64,000 bases of DNA from Macrostomum lignano (Eukaryota): positions 1 to 64,000 of the forward strand of contig NIVC01001412.1 of assembly GCA_002269645.1 (NCBI GenBank), read 5' to 3'. A program made the translations under genes and the position numbers. Shown here piece after piece: positions 24,073 to 39,559 of the stretch; the first letter of the stretch is position 1, and every line of letters starts with the position of its first letter. Under the pieces are notes generated by a model. It saw nothing but the letters and a program-made list of their open reading frames with translations, ran no database searches and was not told the origin of the DNA.

Positions 24073-25985
24073 ACTCAATATCTGTTTTTTCTGACTCAAT
24101 ATCTGCAATATCTGACTCAATATCTGTTTTTTCTGACTCAATTTCTGTCATATCTGACTCAATATCGGTCATTTCTGACTCAATATCTGTCATTTCTGAC
24201 TCAATATCTGTCATTTCTGACTCAATATCTGTCATATCTGACTCAATATCTGTCCTTTCTGACTCAATATCTGTCCTTTCTGACTCAATATCTGTCCTTT
24301 CTGACTCAATATCTGTCCTTTCTGACTCAATATCTGTCCTTTCTGACTCAATATCTGTCCTTTCTGACTCAATATCTGTAATTTCTGACTCAATATCTGT
24401 CATACCTGACTCAATATCTGCCATTTCTGACTCAATATCTGTCATATCTGACTCAATATCTGTCATTTCTGACTCAATATCAGTAATTTCTGACTCAATA
24501 TCTGTCCTTTCTGACTCAATATCGGTCATTTCTGACTCAATATCTGTCATATCTGACTCAATATCTGTCCTTTCTGACTCAATATCTGTCCTTTCTGACT
24601 CAATATCTGTCCTTTCTGACTCAATATCTGTCCTTTCTGACTCAATATCTATCCTTTCTGACTCAATATCTGTCCTTTCTGACTCAATATCAGTAATTTC
24701 TGACTCAATATCTGTCCTATCTGACTCAATATCTGTCCTATCTGACTCAATATCTGTCATATCTGACTCAGTATCTGTCCTTTCTGACTCAATATCTGTA
24801 ATTTCTGACTCAATATCTGTAATTTCTTACTCAATATCTGTCCTTTCTGACTCAATATCTGTCCTTTCTGACTCAATATCTGTCAATTCTGACTCAATAT
24901 CTGTCCTTTCTGACTCAATACATGTATCTGTCATATCTGACTCAATATCTGTCATTTCTGACCCAATATCTGTAATTTATGACTCAATATCAGTAATTTA
25001 TGACTCAATATCTGTCCTTTCTGACTCAATATCTGTCCTTTCTGACTCAATATCTGTCCTTTCTGACTCAATATCTGTCCTTTCTGACTCAATATCGGTC
25101 ATTTCTGACTCAATATCTGTCATATCTGACTCAATATCTGTCCTTTCTGACTCAATATCTGTCCTTTCTGACTCAATATCTGTCCTTTCTGACTCAATAT
25201 CTGTCCTTTCTGACTCAATATCTGTAATTTCTGACTCAATATCTGTCATACCTGACTCAATATCTGCCATTTCTGACTCAATATCTGTCATATCTGACTC
25301 AATATCTGTCATTTCTGACTCAATATCAGTAATTTCTGACTCAATATCTGTCCTTTCTGACTCAATATCGGTCATTTCTGACTCAATATCTGTCATATCT
25401 GACTCAATATCTGTCCTTTCTGACTCAATATCTGTCCTTTCTGACTCAATATCTGTCCTTTCTGACTCAATATCTGTCCTTTCTGACTCAATATCTGTAA
25501 TTTCTGACTCAATATCTGTCCTTTCTGACTCAATATCAGTAATTTCTGACTCAATATCTGTCCTATCTGACTCAATATCTGTCCTATCTGACTCAATATC
25601 TGTCATATCTGACTCAATATCTGTCCTTTCTGACTCAATATCTGTAATTTCTGACTCAATATCTGTAATTTCTGACTCAATATCTGTCCTTTCTGACTCA
25701 ATATCTGTCCTATCTGACTCAATATCTGTCAATTCTGACTCAATATCTGTCCTTTCTGACTCAATACATGTATCTGTCATATCTGACTCAATATCTGTAA
25801 TTTCTGACTCAATATCTGTAATTTCTGACTCAATATCAGTAATTTATGACTCAATATCTGTCCTTTCTGACTCAATATCGGTCATTTCTGACTCAATATC
25901 TGTCATATCTGACTCAATATCTGTCATTTCTGACTCAATATCTGTCCTTTCTGACTCAATATCAGTAATTTATGACTCAATATCG
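24073..25985. repeat. 21-bp minisatellite TCTGACTCAATATCTGT(CCTT/CATT/CATA/AATT), ~90 units, with an 846-bp higher-order duplication
   Basis: 21-bp period. Rare variants recur 846 bp apart (CATACCTGAC 24401/25247; CATGTA insertion 24921/25767). Confidence 0.96.
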
Positions 25986-26523
25986 GTTATTTCCGAGCCA
26001 ATTTAATTTCGGGAGAGCCTGAGCAGAGGCTGTGAGTGTCTCCATCAAGTCCTCTCATATTTTGCACATGCAGCTGGGAAAGACGCAGTGTTTACCAAGC
26101 GCTCCTGGACTCGCTCAGGTCAGTGATCGATGACCCAGAGTGATTTGCTCAAGCAATGGCGCGACTGTAATGAATTCTGCTCTCAGCCCGGTCTCAGGCC
26201 AGCTAATTAGCATATTAATCAGCCCTCTCCAGCCCTGACTACCGGACACCTCGCCCGCGCGAATCCCAGGTGCAATTTTTTGTGTTTATTTCTGTTTATT
26301 TGGCAGCCGAAGTTGCCCCGGATGTCCGCTGGGAGCGGCTGGCCAGGCGGGCTGCAATTATTTATAAATATGCTGGCATCATCTGCCTACCCGATCCGCT
26401 GCATCCCGCTTCCATCATGCTCTTCTCTTGTGCCAGCTCAGCTTCCGCCCCCACTCCTGCCTCTACTCTTCCGCATTACCTCCCACACCTGGTCTCTGCA
26501 CGTCTGCTGCTCTTTATCTCAGC

Positions 26524-27240
26524 CTCTCTACTCTCTTCTCTCCCCTCTTCTCTCTCCCCTCTTCCCTCTCCCCTCTTCTCTCTCCCCTCTTCTCTCTCCC
26601 CTCTTCTCTCTCCCCTCTTCTCTCTCCCTCTTCTCTCTCCCCTCTTCTCTCTCCCCTCTTCTCTCTCCCCTCTTCTCTCTCCCCTCTTCTCTCTCCCCTC
26701 TTCTCTCTCCCCTCTTCTCTCTCCCCTCTTCTCTCTCCCCTCTTCTCTCTCCCCTCTTCTCTCTCCCCTCTTGTCTCTCCCCTCTTCTCTCTCCCCTCTT
26801 CTCTCCCCTCTCCTCTCTCTCCTCTTCTCTCCCCTCTTCTCTCTCTCCTCTTCTCTCTCCCCTCTTCTCTCTCCCCTCTTCTCTCTCCCCTCTTCTCTCT
26901 CCCCTCTTCTCTCTCCCCTCTTGTCTCTCCCCTCTTCTCTCTCCCCTCTTCTCTCCCCTCTCCTCTCTCTCCTCTTCTCTCTCCCCTCTTCTCTCTCCTC
27001 TCTCCCCTCTTCTCTCTCCTCTCTCCCCTCTTCTCTCTCCTCTCTCCCCTCTTCTCTCTCCTCTCTCCCCTCTTCTCTCTCCTCTCTCCCCTCTTCTCTC
27101 TCCTCTCTTCTCTCTCCTCTCTCCCCTCTTCTCTCTCCTCTCTCCCCTCTGCTCTCTCCTCTTTCATCCATCCTTTTTTCTCCCCTCTCTTTTCTCTTCT
27201 CTCTCATCTCTCCTCTTTTTCTCCTCTATTTTCCCCTCTC
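26524..27240. repeat. CT-rich ~18-bp minisatellite (CTCTCTCCCCTCTTCT variants)
   Basis: Polypyrimidine periodic array. Confidence 0.94.
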
Positions 27241-28007
27241 ATTTCTCTACTCTAAATTTACCCTCTCTCCTTTCTCCCCTCAAACCCCACCATTCTTATT
27301 TCTGCAGAATAATTTTAAGTCAAGCCTTAAAACAAACTTGTCCATCAATACACGCTGGCAGTTCCAAGCTGATTAAAGTATTGCACATTCACCCCAGCCG
27401 AGTACTTACAGCAGTCGAGTGCTCAAGGCCCATGAAACCCCATGGGGATCCCTTAGCAGCTGTCGGTCACCCCCAGGCCCTGATCCCTATTAATATCATT
27501 TAATCTCCTTAATTGCATCCCCTCAAGTTTCTGTTGCTCATCTTTTTCAGCGACTCAAATTCGATATTGAAAGCTTTGAAACTCAAGTCGATTAATAAAT
27601 AGATTTCTGGTTGAGTTGTCCAGTCAAAGGTTTCCGCCGCCTGCTGCAGCCGCCCTGCGGCCCCCACTTCCTCTGTCCCGGCCAGCACCACTTTACCCCG
27701 TGCAGTTTTGCCCGGCTACTCCTGAGCAGCTCCCGGTGAGCAGGAATAATCCTCTGAGCTGACTGAGCACCGCTCCGCGCCTCCGCAATCACCGGCCCAT
27801 TCTGAGCTGGGAAAACACGGCTCAAGTGGCCCGGCTGAGCGCATTTGCCGGCGACACAAACTCGCGCGGTCCGGTGAAGGGGCGGGGATTTGAGCTGGGG
27901 GATTTGAGCTGGCTCAAGCTATGCTGCGGCTCGGGTGGGGAGCAGAGAAACTGAAACAGCAGGGAACAGGGGAGATGGGAGAATTGGTGACAAACTCATG
28001 CCGTGAC

Positions 28008-28614
<607 letters not shown>

Positions 28615-29089
28615 AAGCCTCCCAGCCCCAGTCGCAGAGCAGTTGGTGAGCAAGTTTCCCACTCCCATTCCCCAGCTCAGCCGCATGTGAAATGGTCCCG
28701 GCCGATCGCATGGCAGCTCACGCGCCGCGGCTCCGGTGCCGGGGCGACCGAACGATTCCCAGCGGGGCTCCTTGAGCAGCTCAGATAAGAACAAGGCGAA
28801 TTTGAATATGAATCGAATTTGGGCTTCGGCTTCCGACTTGAGCGCAGCCTCTCCTCCGTCATCATAGTTCGCTGGTCCATTATCCACTCAGTGGCAGCTC
28901 AGAGGCAGATTTTATCACGGAAATTCCTCTGCTCGGGCATTGACTCGGACTTGAGCTCTCGTGAATGGATTTGATAACTAATAAAGAGCTTTTCAGTTAT
29001 TATTGGGAGGGTAGCAACTCATTAAAGATGTTGGTCATTTTTAGCTCGTTTTGGGTTGCTTGAAATCCTTCAATGTTGGTCATTCTGGG

Positions 29090-30485
29090 GTCATTCTCGA
29101 TGATTGAGATCAATATTGGTCATTGTGCTGTCATTCAAGATGACTGAGATCAATATTGGTCATTGTGCTGTCATTCAAGATGACTGAGATCAATATTGGT
29201 CATTGTGCTGTCATTCAAGATGACTGAGATCAATATTGGTCATTGTGGGTCATTTAAGATGACTGAGATCAATATTGGTCATTGTGGGTCATTCAAGATG
29301 ACTGAGATCAATATTGGTCATTGTGCTGTCATTCAAGATGACTGAGATCAATATTGGTCATTGTGGGTCATTCAAGATGACTGAGATCAATATTGGTCAT
29401 TGTGGGTCATTCAACATGACTGAGATCAATATTGGTCATTGTGCTGTCATTCAAGATGACTGAGATCAATATTGGTCATTGTGGGTCATTCAAGATGACT
29501 GAGATCAATATTGGTCATTGTGCTGTCATTCAAGATGACTGAGATCAATATTGGTCATTGTGGGTCATTCAAGATGACTGAGATCAATATTGGTCATTGT
29601 GCTGTCATTCAAGATGACTGAGATCAATATTGGTCATTGTGGGTCATTCAAGATGACTGAGATCAATATTGGTCATTGTGGGTCATTCAAGATGACTGAG
29701 ATCAATATTGGTCATTGTGCTGTCATTCAAGATGACTGAGATCAATATTGGTCATTGTGGGTCATTCAAGATGACTGAGATCAATATTGGTCATTGTGGG
29801 TCATTCAACATGACTGAGATCAATATTGGTCATTGTGCTGTCATTCAAGATGACTGAGATCAATATTGGTCATTGTGGGTCATTCAAGATGACTGAGATC
29901 AATATTGGTCATTGTGCTGTCATTCAACATGACTGAGATCAATATTGGTCATTGTGCTGTCATTCAAGATGACTGAGATCAATATTGGTCATTGTGCTGT
30001 CATTCAAGATGACTGAGATCAATATTGGTCATTGTGGGTCATTCAAGATGACTGAAATCAATATTGGTCATTGTGCTGTCATTCAAGATGACTGAGATCA
30101 ATATTGGTCATTGTGGGTCATTCAACATGACTGAGATCAATATTGGTCATTGTGGGTCATTCAAGATGACTGAGATCAATATTGGTCATTGTGGAGTCAT
30201 TCTAGATTACTGAGATCAATCTCGGTCATTTTGGGGTCATTCTAGGTGACATGACTGAGTTGAATATTGATCATTGTGAGGTCATTCTAGATGTCTGAGA
30301 TCAATATTGGTCATTGTGAGGTCATTCTAGATTACTGAGATCAATCTCGGTTATTTTAGGTGACTGAGTTGAATATTGATCTTTGTGGGGTCATTCTGGA
30401 TGACTGATATCAATACGAGCGTATTGGTCATTGCGGGGTCATTCTGGATGACTGACATCAATACTGGTCATTGTGGAGTCATTCT
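29090..30485. repeat. 39/40-bp minisatellite GTCATTCAAGATGACTGAGATCAATATTGGTCATTGTG(CT/G)
   Basis: About 30 near-identical units with degenerate edges; 39- and 40-bp variants interspersed. Confidence 0.96.
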
Positions 30486-30973
30486 AGAGAACCGAGATGA
30501 TCTGACCTTCAAAACTCCTTCATCTTGCGAAAATTCACAGTTCCTCACCTGCGCTGGCCAGTGGCACCGTCAGGCCCAGGTGAGCGGCCGTCCCTCGCCA
30601 AAGGCAGCCCTCCCGGGGTTTCTGTTGAATCTTCCAGTGTTGCTTTTCGCCAGATTTTCGCTCCCAGAAGAATTTCCAGACTGGCCGGAGCTGTCAGCGG
30701 CCGGCAGCCTGAGTGACAGCCGCGGCCGGGGCGCAAAGCACCTGCGAAGCTGCCACTTCGGCCAATTTTCACCTGGCCGGACAGCCTGGACGGGTGCTGG
30801 GCTTATTTTATTTTTTATTCACCCCGCCGCCTCGGTTTATCTTGGCAACGGCACTCGCCACCTTTTCACTTCTGCCGGCTCCTGTTACACCCAGCTGTCA
30901 CCATCCGCCTCCTCCTCATTCCCTACCCTCTAGTCTACCGTCCCTACCTTCTCATCTACCTACCCTACTCTCT

Positions 30974-32074
<1,101 letters not shown>

Positions 32075-33210
32075 TGTAAGCAGGTCAAAGCACTGTCGAC
32101 AGACAGGATGATGAAGTGAAAAAATGAAAATCAGAGGCCACTGTGGTGCAAAGAAACAAAGCCGCCTGGGAACTCAGAAGCAGTTTGGTCACCTGGCGCC
32201 AGCGGGGCTGCCAGGTGAAAGCTGTGTCCTGTTGTCTCCCCTGTAATTTGCTTCCACCAGCCCTCCCCAATCGGAGTTGAGCCACTCAGCCCCCTCGGAA
32301 GCCCTCCGCAGATTTAGTGGTCAAGTTTTAATTTCCTACTTTAATCAACACGTGGCTGCCAGTGGCCGGGGCTGGGGCAGAGCTGGATGGCCGACTCCCC
32401 TGGTCGCCACAAAGCCGATCGATGCTGTAATTGAGAGCCGGCTCGGCCGCGCGGGTGTCTCCCAGTCTGCCCGGGCGGCTTGGGTCCGGAGCTGCCGGAT
32501 TTCAACTGCACTTGAAAACGGAGTGAAAGTCGGAGCGAAACCCCCAGCCCCCTCAGACTGACAGGTGGCGGTCGTCTGTGGCTTACCAGCCCCCTTTCAA
32601 TCTTTGCGAGGCTGCTGCTACACGCTTCCCAGCCTCCTTATCTGCCTCATCTGCAGAATCCCTCAGCCCCTCCCCACCCGCCTGACACACCGGATGCACT
32701 GTTCCAAGGCCTAACATAACAATGCTCATTTCGGCAGGGACTCCAGATGAAGCTGCAGATGAAGCTAGAGATGAAGCTGCAGATGAAGATCCAGATGAAG
32801 CTGCAGATGAAGCTGCACTCTCTGTCGAGTCTGCCTAAGAGCTGCCGACTTCATTGGGTTGCCAATGGACTGCAGCTGTGGTCTCATTGGCCAGCTGGGG
32901 GGGGGGGGCAGCTCCCAGTCCCTGCCAACCCCGGGTCCGCCTCGTCTTTACCCGCTTGCCCCGCTGCCCCCGCTTTTACAACCTGGCAGAGCAGCCCGAA
33001 GCGCAGAGAAGCAGAGGAGCGGAGGAGCGCCGATCGTAAAAGCGTAGAGTCGCCGACCCCCAGTGACGGTCTGGCAGCAGCTGTTTGAGCCACTGCGCGC
33101 TTATTTTTCCGGCCAAGCCAAGATGTCAGCAGCCGAGCCGCTGTTGTAAGAGTTTCTTTTGATTGCCCTGGCGAACCTTCTCGCTTCTCACTGAGCCCCT
33201 GACCGGCCAT

Positions 33211-34521
33211 ATGGACCCCCACCCGATGGACCTCGCCTCCATGCTGGGCCGCTACAGCTTTGACTTCGATGAGGCCTCAGCTGATGACGAGGCCGGCACA
33301 ACCACCTTCTCGTCCTCGCTGGCGGCTGCCGGCGGTCTCAGCGGGCAGCTCAAGCAGCCGCCGTCCTCGCTGTCCACCGCCTCTGGCGTCTACGGCGGCG
33401 GCAACGGCGGAGGCGGCGGCAGCGGCAGCGGCAGCAGCGGCGCCGGCTGCCTCCCTGGCAATTTTTCGTCCCTCCCGCGCGTCCTCGGCTGCGGCAGCCA
33501 TCAGCACCAGCGCCAGCGCCATCGGCAGCACCTGCAGCACCAGTTCCAGCACCACCTGCTGCCCGGGGGCGCCATCTCTGACGGAGGCGCCGGCCAGCTG
33601 ACTGCAACACCGCGGCACCGACCGCACCACGCGACCCCGTCGAGGCAGTCGCCGCCGCCGCAGCCACCGCGGCCGGCTCAGCCGACCGGCCGCGCCCAGT
33701 TCGGCCCGTTCGCCCTGAAGTTTCTGCGCCGCTCGCCGCCCGCCAAGTCGCTGTGGCTGGTGGCGCTGGTGCTCGGCGCGGCCCTGACCGGCTTCCACCT
33801 GTGGCGCCTCTGGGCCGCCTTCAGCAGCGGCCGGACGGTCCTGACGGCTGGCCGGCCGCGCCCGTTCGTTTTCCCGGACGTGACGATCTGCCCGCCCAGC
33901 GCCTTCTTCCGCCGCGACGTCAGCAAGCCGGACACGCTGGAGGGCAGCAACCGGACGTTCGGCTTCGACATCCTGGTGAACTCGGCGCCCGCCCTGTGGC
34001 GCTACGTGCTGTACGGCAACATGTCGCTGCAGCACCTCACGCAGGCGCAGCGGGAGTACGCCTCCCGGCTGGCCCTGCTCAGCATCTTCCGGTACTACAT
34101 CAACTCAAGCGCTGTGCTCAGCCCGCTGGACATGGTGGCCTACTGCCGCTACCAGGGCCGCCTCTGCGACATGGACAGCTTCTCCATCTTCTTCCACCCG
34201 GCTCAAGGCTCCTGCATCACCTTCCACCCGCCCGTGCGAGCGGTGCGGGCCACCCACCTGGATACGGACAGCCCGGGCCTGGTGCTGCAGCTGCACACCC
34301 TCAGCCCCAGCAACTGGCTGCTCACCGGCGACTCCCAGACCAGCATGACTCACCGGCACAGCTACACTGCGGCGCTGCATCCGCCGCTCACCTGGCCCAG
34401 CTTCCAGCGGGTCTCCCACATCAACAGCGGTCGCATCACCTCCATGCGCGTCTCCATGCGGCAGGTGCGCCGCGACCGGCTGGACTTTGACGATATTGAT
34501 GAGGCCGGCTTCGGGCAGACG
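33211..34521 (+). CDS. DEG/ENaC/ASIC-family (amiloride-sensitive channel-like) subunit, exon 1 (437 codons)
   Basis: In-frame TGA at 33160, then ATG at 33211. TM1 LWLVALVLGAALTGFHLWRLW, FPDVTIC (family FPAVTIC), C.YQGRLC...F...GSCITF, GLVLQL, LHP...P...INSG.ITSMRV. Phase-0 donor ACG|GTAAGG at 34522. Confidence 0.9.
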
Positions 34522-34548
34522 GTAAGGCGGTTTTGATGGCGCACTCAT

Positions 34549-35460
34549 TCCAGATTCTCAGATTCCTTCATCATCACTGATTCCAGACTCACAGATCCTT
34601 CATCATCACTGATTCCAGAATCCCAGATCCTTCATCATCTCTGATTCCAGAATCCCAGATCCTTCATCATCACTGATACCAAAATCCCAGATCCTTCATC
34701 ATCACTGATTCCAGAATCCTAGATCCTTCATCATCACTGATTCCAGAATCCCAGATCCTTCATCATCACTGATTCCAGAATCCCAGATCCTTCATCATCA
34801 CTGATTCCAGACTCACAGATCCTTCATCATCACTGATTCCAGAATCCCAGATCCTTCATCATCACTGATTCCAGAATCCCAGATCCTTCATCATCACTGA
34901 TTCCAGAATCCCAGATCCTTCATCATCACTGATTCCAGAATCCTAGATCCTTCATCATCACTGATTCCAGAATCCCAGATCCTTCATCATCACTGATACC
35001 AAAATCCCAGATCCTTCATCATCACTGATTCCAGAATCCCAGATCCTTCATCATCACTGATTCCAGAATCCCAGATCCTTCATCATCACTGATTCCAGAA
35101 TCCCAGATCCTTCATCATCACAGATTCCAGAATCCCAGATCCTTCATCATCACTGATTCCAGAATCCCAGATCCTTCATCATCACTGATTCCAGAATCCC
35201 AGATCCTTCATCATCACTGATTCCAGAATCCTAGATCCTTCATCATCACTGATACCAAAATCCCAGATCCTTCATCATCACTGATTCCAGAATCCCAGAT
35301 CCTTCATCATCACTGATTCCAGAATCCCAGATCCTTCATCATCACTGATTCCAGAATCCCAGATCCTTCATCATCTCTGATTCCAGAATCCCAGATCCTT
35401 CATCATCTCTGATTCCAGAATCCCAGATCCTTCATCATCACTGATTCCAAAATCCCATAT
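34549..35460. repeat. 32-bp minisatellite CAGATCCTTCATCATCACTGATTCCAGAATCC filling the ENaC intron (~28 units)
   Basis: 32-bp period visible directly. Confidence 0.97.
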
Positions 35461-35509
35461 CCTAGAACCCAGAACCAGGAGTCAACCGCTGAGCTGCTCA
35501 CCTTCGCAG

Positions 35510-36589
35510 CGCCGCCCATCCCGCCGACTCCCGCAGGCGGAGCCGATCGCCGCGGCCACGGCCAGCTACTGCTTCGGCGGCCAGGCTCGCTGGTGCCGCC
35601 GCTACGCCAGCCGCCGCGAGGACCGCCTGCGGGTCCTCCGCCAGCGCGAGCTGCTGAGCACCTGCGGCTGCCTTAGCGACTCCCTGCCGGTGCCGGAGCG
35701 GCTCGCCGACAAGCCGTCGTGCGTCGGCGTCCGCGAGTCCATCCTGCTGCAGTTCGACCCGCGCCGGGCCAAGTACGTGGGCCGCTACCTGTACATCCTG
35801 GACCGCGGCGGCGAGATGCGCTGGATTGAGGACACGCGCGACTACGCGGCCTTCAAGCGCTCGGTGGACTGCTTCCTGCGCCACTTCCCCCGGCCGCTGG
35901 ACGAGGCCCGGTTGGGCGCGGCCGACCCCGACGCCGTGAGCACCAGCTACCGGGCCGAGGTGGACTCGGGGCCCTGGTTCCAGTCCACCGACACGCTGCA
36001 CGCTGCCTACATCTCGCAGAACCTCCGTCTGTACGAGCAGCAGGTGGTGCGGCCGGAGGCGCGGCGCCGTAACGCCAGCCTGCCAGTGCAGGCCTACCTG
36101 CGGCGGCTGCAGGGCCCCGAGCAGTTCAGCATCCACGCGCACAAGGTGCTGCAGAGCAACACCGGCATGCTGGAGGTCCGGCCGGCCTCGCTGCTCAGCC
36201 AGCAGGTGTCCGAAGTGTGGCTGTACCCGCTGTCCGCCTTCCTGGCCGACGCTGGCGGCGCTCTCGGCCTCCTGCTGGGCGCCTCGCTGGTGGGCCTGCT
36301 GGAGTGCCTCGACGCGCTGCTTATGCTGGCCTGCTGCCGAGGGCGAGCGTCGGCAACGTCGGCAGCGGCAGCGGCGGCTTCAGGAGACGCCTTCGGCAAT
36401 CGGAGGGCTGCTGCAAGGACTGGCTGCGGGCACGGAGACAGCTACTGCGGAGTGGGCAGCGTCAAGAGCCGGCACAGGCAGCAGCGGCAGCGGCAGGGGC
36501 GTCGGTGTCGGGACAGCGGCTGCCGCTGCCACTGCCAGTGCGAAGGCGGCGGCGGCGACGGAGGCGGCAGCGGCCACTTGACTTGCTGA
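35510..36589 (+). CDS. DEG/ENaC/ASIC-family subunit, exon 2 (thumb remnant, TM2, Cys-rich tail); total about 796 aa
   Basis: Acceptor CTCACCTTCGCAG| at 35509, in phase (a second in-frame AG at 35536). TCGCL thumb motif. TM2 YPLSAFLADAGGALGLLLGASLVGLLECL with GAS at 36278-36286. Stop TGA ends at 36589. Confidence 0.9.
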   Translation, partial: RRPSRRLPQAEPIAAATASYCFGGQARWCRRYASRREDRLRVLRQRELLSTCGCLSDSLPVPERLADKPSCVGVRESILLQFDPRRAKYVGRYLYILDRGGEMRWIEDTRDYAAFKRSVDCFLRHFPRPLDEARLGAADPDAVSTSYRAEVDSGPWFQSTDTLHAAYISQNLRLYEQQVVRPEARRRNASLPVQAYLRRLQGPEQFSIHAHKVLQSNTGMLEVRPASLLSQQVSEVWLYPLSAFLADAGGALGLLLGASLVGLLECLDALLMLACCRGRASATSAAAAAASGDAFGNRRAAARTGCGHGDSYCGVGSVKSRHRQQRQRQGRRCRDSGCRCHCQCEGGGGDGGGSGHLTC

Positions 36590-36726
36590 CCCCCCCCCCC
36601 CCCGCCTTCGGTCACGTGTTGGACGACCCGTATCGATATCATATTGCTATATTGCTATAGTATTTTGTAATTTGCGAACTCTGTTGTCACTCTGCGCAGA
36701 TTGCCGGTGGGCGATGGAGCATTTGA

Positions 36727-37165
36727 GGAGTCTGGGAGTCAGTGATGAAGAATCTTTAGGAGTCTGAGAGTCAGTGATTTAACATTTGAGGAGTTTGATG
36801 GTCAGTGATGAAGCATCATTGGGAGTCTAAGGGTCACTGATGGATCATTTTAGGAGGCTGGAAGTCAGTGATGAGGGATCTTACGGAGGCTGACGGTCAG
36901 TGATGGAGGATCTTTGAGAGTCGGGGGGTCAGTGATGAATTATTTGAAGAGACTGGAAGTCAGTGATGAAGCTTCTGGAGAGGCTGAGGGTCAGTGATGG
37001 AGCACTTGAGGAGGCTGGGGTTCAGTGATGGAGCATTTGAGGAGTCTAGGAGTCAGTGCTGGAGGATCTTTGGGAGTCTGAGGGTCTGTGATGGAGCATT
37101 TTGGGAGACTGAGGGTCAGTAAATGGAGGATTAGAGGAGGCTGAGAGTCGGTGATGAAGGATGAA
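36727..37165. repeat. Degenerate 31-32-bp minisatellite (~14 units), related to the reverse complement of the ENaC intron repeat
   Basis: Consensus about GGAGTCTGRGRGTCAGTGATGRAGSATYTTR versus intron reverse complement GGATTCTGGAATCAGTGATGATGAAGGATCTG. Confidence 0.85.
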
Positions 37166-37730
37166 GCCTGTCTCCCTGCTCGCCGCCCAGCCACGCCCCA
37201 GCCGCAGCCCATGAAACCCCAATCGCGGTGAGTTTTGCTCCCTCTTGAAAGCTGCCAGCCCCAGCAGCACAAATAGAACAGAAAATAAGTATTTGCGTTT
37301 TGCACCATAGTTTTTGATGGAGCAGAAAAACACAGAAAAACTTGCTTGCTTCTTTCTGGCATCTCCCGTCCCGGCCGGCCGGTCGATACCCCCCCCCCTG
37401 CGAGCCAACGGTTTTGGCTTCTTTTGTTCCCAGCTTTGCTTTCCTGTGGCGGAAGCGGCTTTAACCATTGAGCACCGGCGCCCAGAAACATCTCGTTTCT
37501 CATTTTCCTGCGACTAAAAAAAGAAACTCCCCCCAGACAGGGGGCGCGGGCTGATGGATCGATCGCACTGCCTGCCGAAGGTGCGGCTGCCCTCGCCCGC
37601 CCAGCTCATTATGCAGAACGCCTGAGTCATTCACGCTGAGCTGACTTCTCAAATGTGTTCCTAGCTGCTGCTGAGCTGCCATTGTGGTGGGGAAGAGTAC
37701 AGGAGTTCTTTGGGATGCGAGATCACCCAG

Positions 37731-38788
<1,058 letters not shown>

Positions 38789-39559
38789 TCTAGAATCGGT
38801 GATGATAAAGGATCTGGAATTGTGGAATCAGCGCTAATGAAGGATTCGGGAGTTTGGAATCAGAGTAAAGGGTCAGGGGTCTCACAGATTCGGAACTGGA
38901 TGCACAGTTACCCATGACTGTACCCAGAGCAGTGCTCGTGCCAAAGGCTGAACTCCGCCTGCAAGGGGCTCTCAGCTTCATTCACGGCCCAGCCGCCCCC
39001 TCACTTACAGAGCCACACTTTTTGTGAAGTGATTAATTTGATTCCCGAGCAGAGAGCTCGCCAGTTTCTCAGTCGCTTCAGACTCAACTGGGCCGAGATG
39101 GAGAGCGGGAGGCTGGGGTCTCCCAGTTCCTTCTCCCATCTCCGCAGCTCTCTTTTACAGCAGTCAAATTGGCTGAGAGATATGAGCGTATCTTGGCGTG
39201 CCTGGCCAAGGAGAACAGGATTAATGGCACCTGGATTTACGGGGGGGGAATCACTATGCCAATTCTGTCCAACTTTCGCCACTGTTTCGGTGGGAAAGGC
39301 TGATGCAGCAGCTGGCTGAGCCAGCCAGATGCCAGAGTTCGGCCTCCATGGCTGCTCAGCTTTGATTGATGCAGAGTGCGAACTGCTGCTCCCGAGCCGT
39401 GGCTGGACAAATTCCAGCCTCCCTGCGTCTGGCGCGCGGCCCGCTGAACTCTGAGAGCCGCTTCCTGCTCGGAGCTTCATTCAAAAAGGTGTGTGCGATT
39501 GATCACACCAGCTGTTCATCCATCAGTGATAACCGGAACTGAGCCACAGATATCAGGGA

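Noticed and set aside
36727-37165. C-box (GTGATGA) and D-box (CTGA) words in the degenerate array, suggesting snoRNAs
   Set aside because: Spacing is too short, there are no terminal stems, and the words are explained by the repeat unit.
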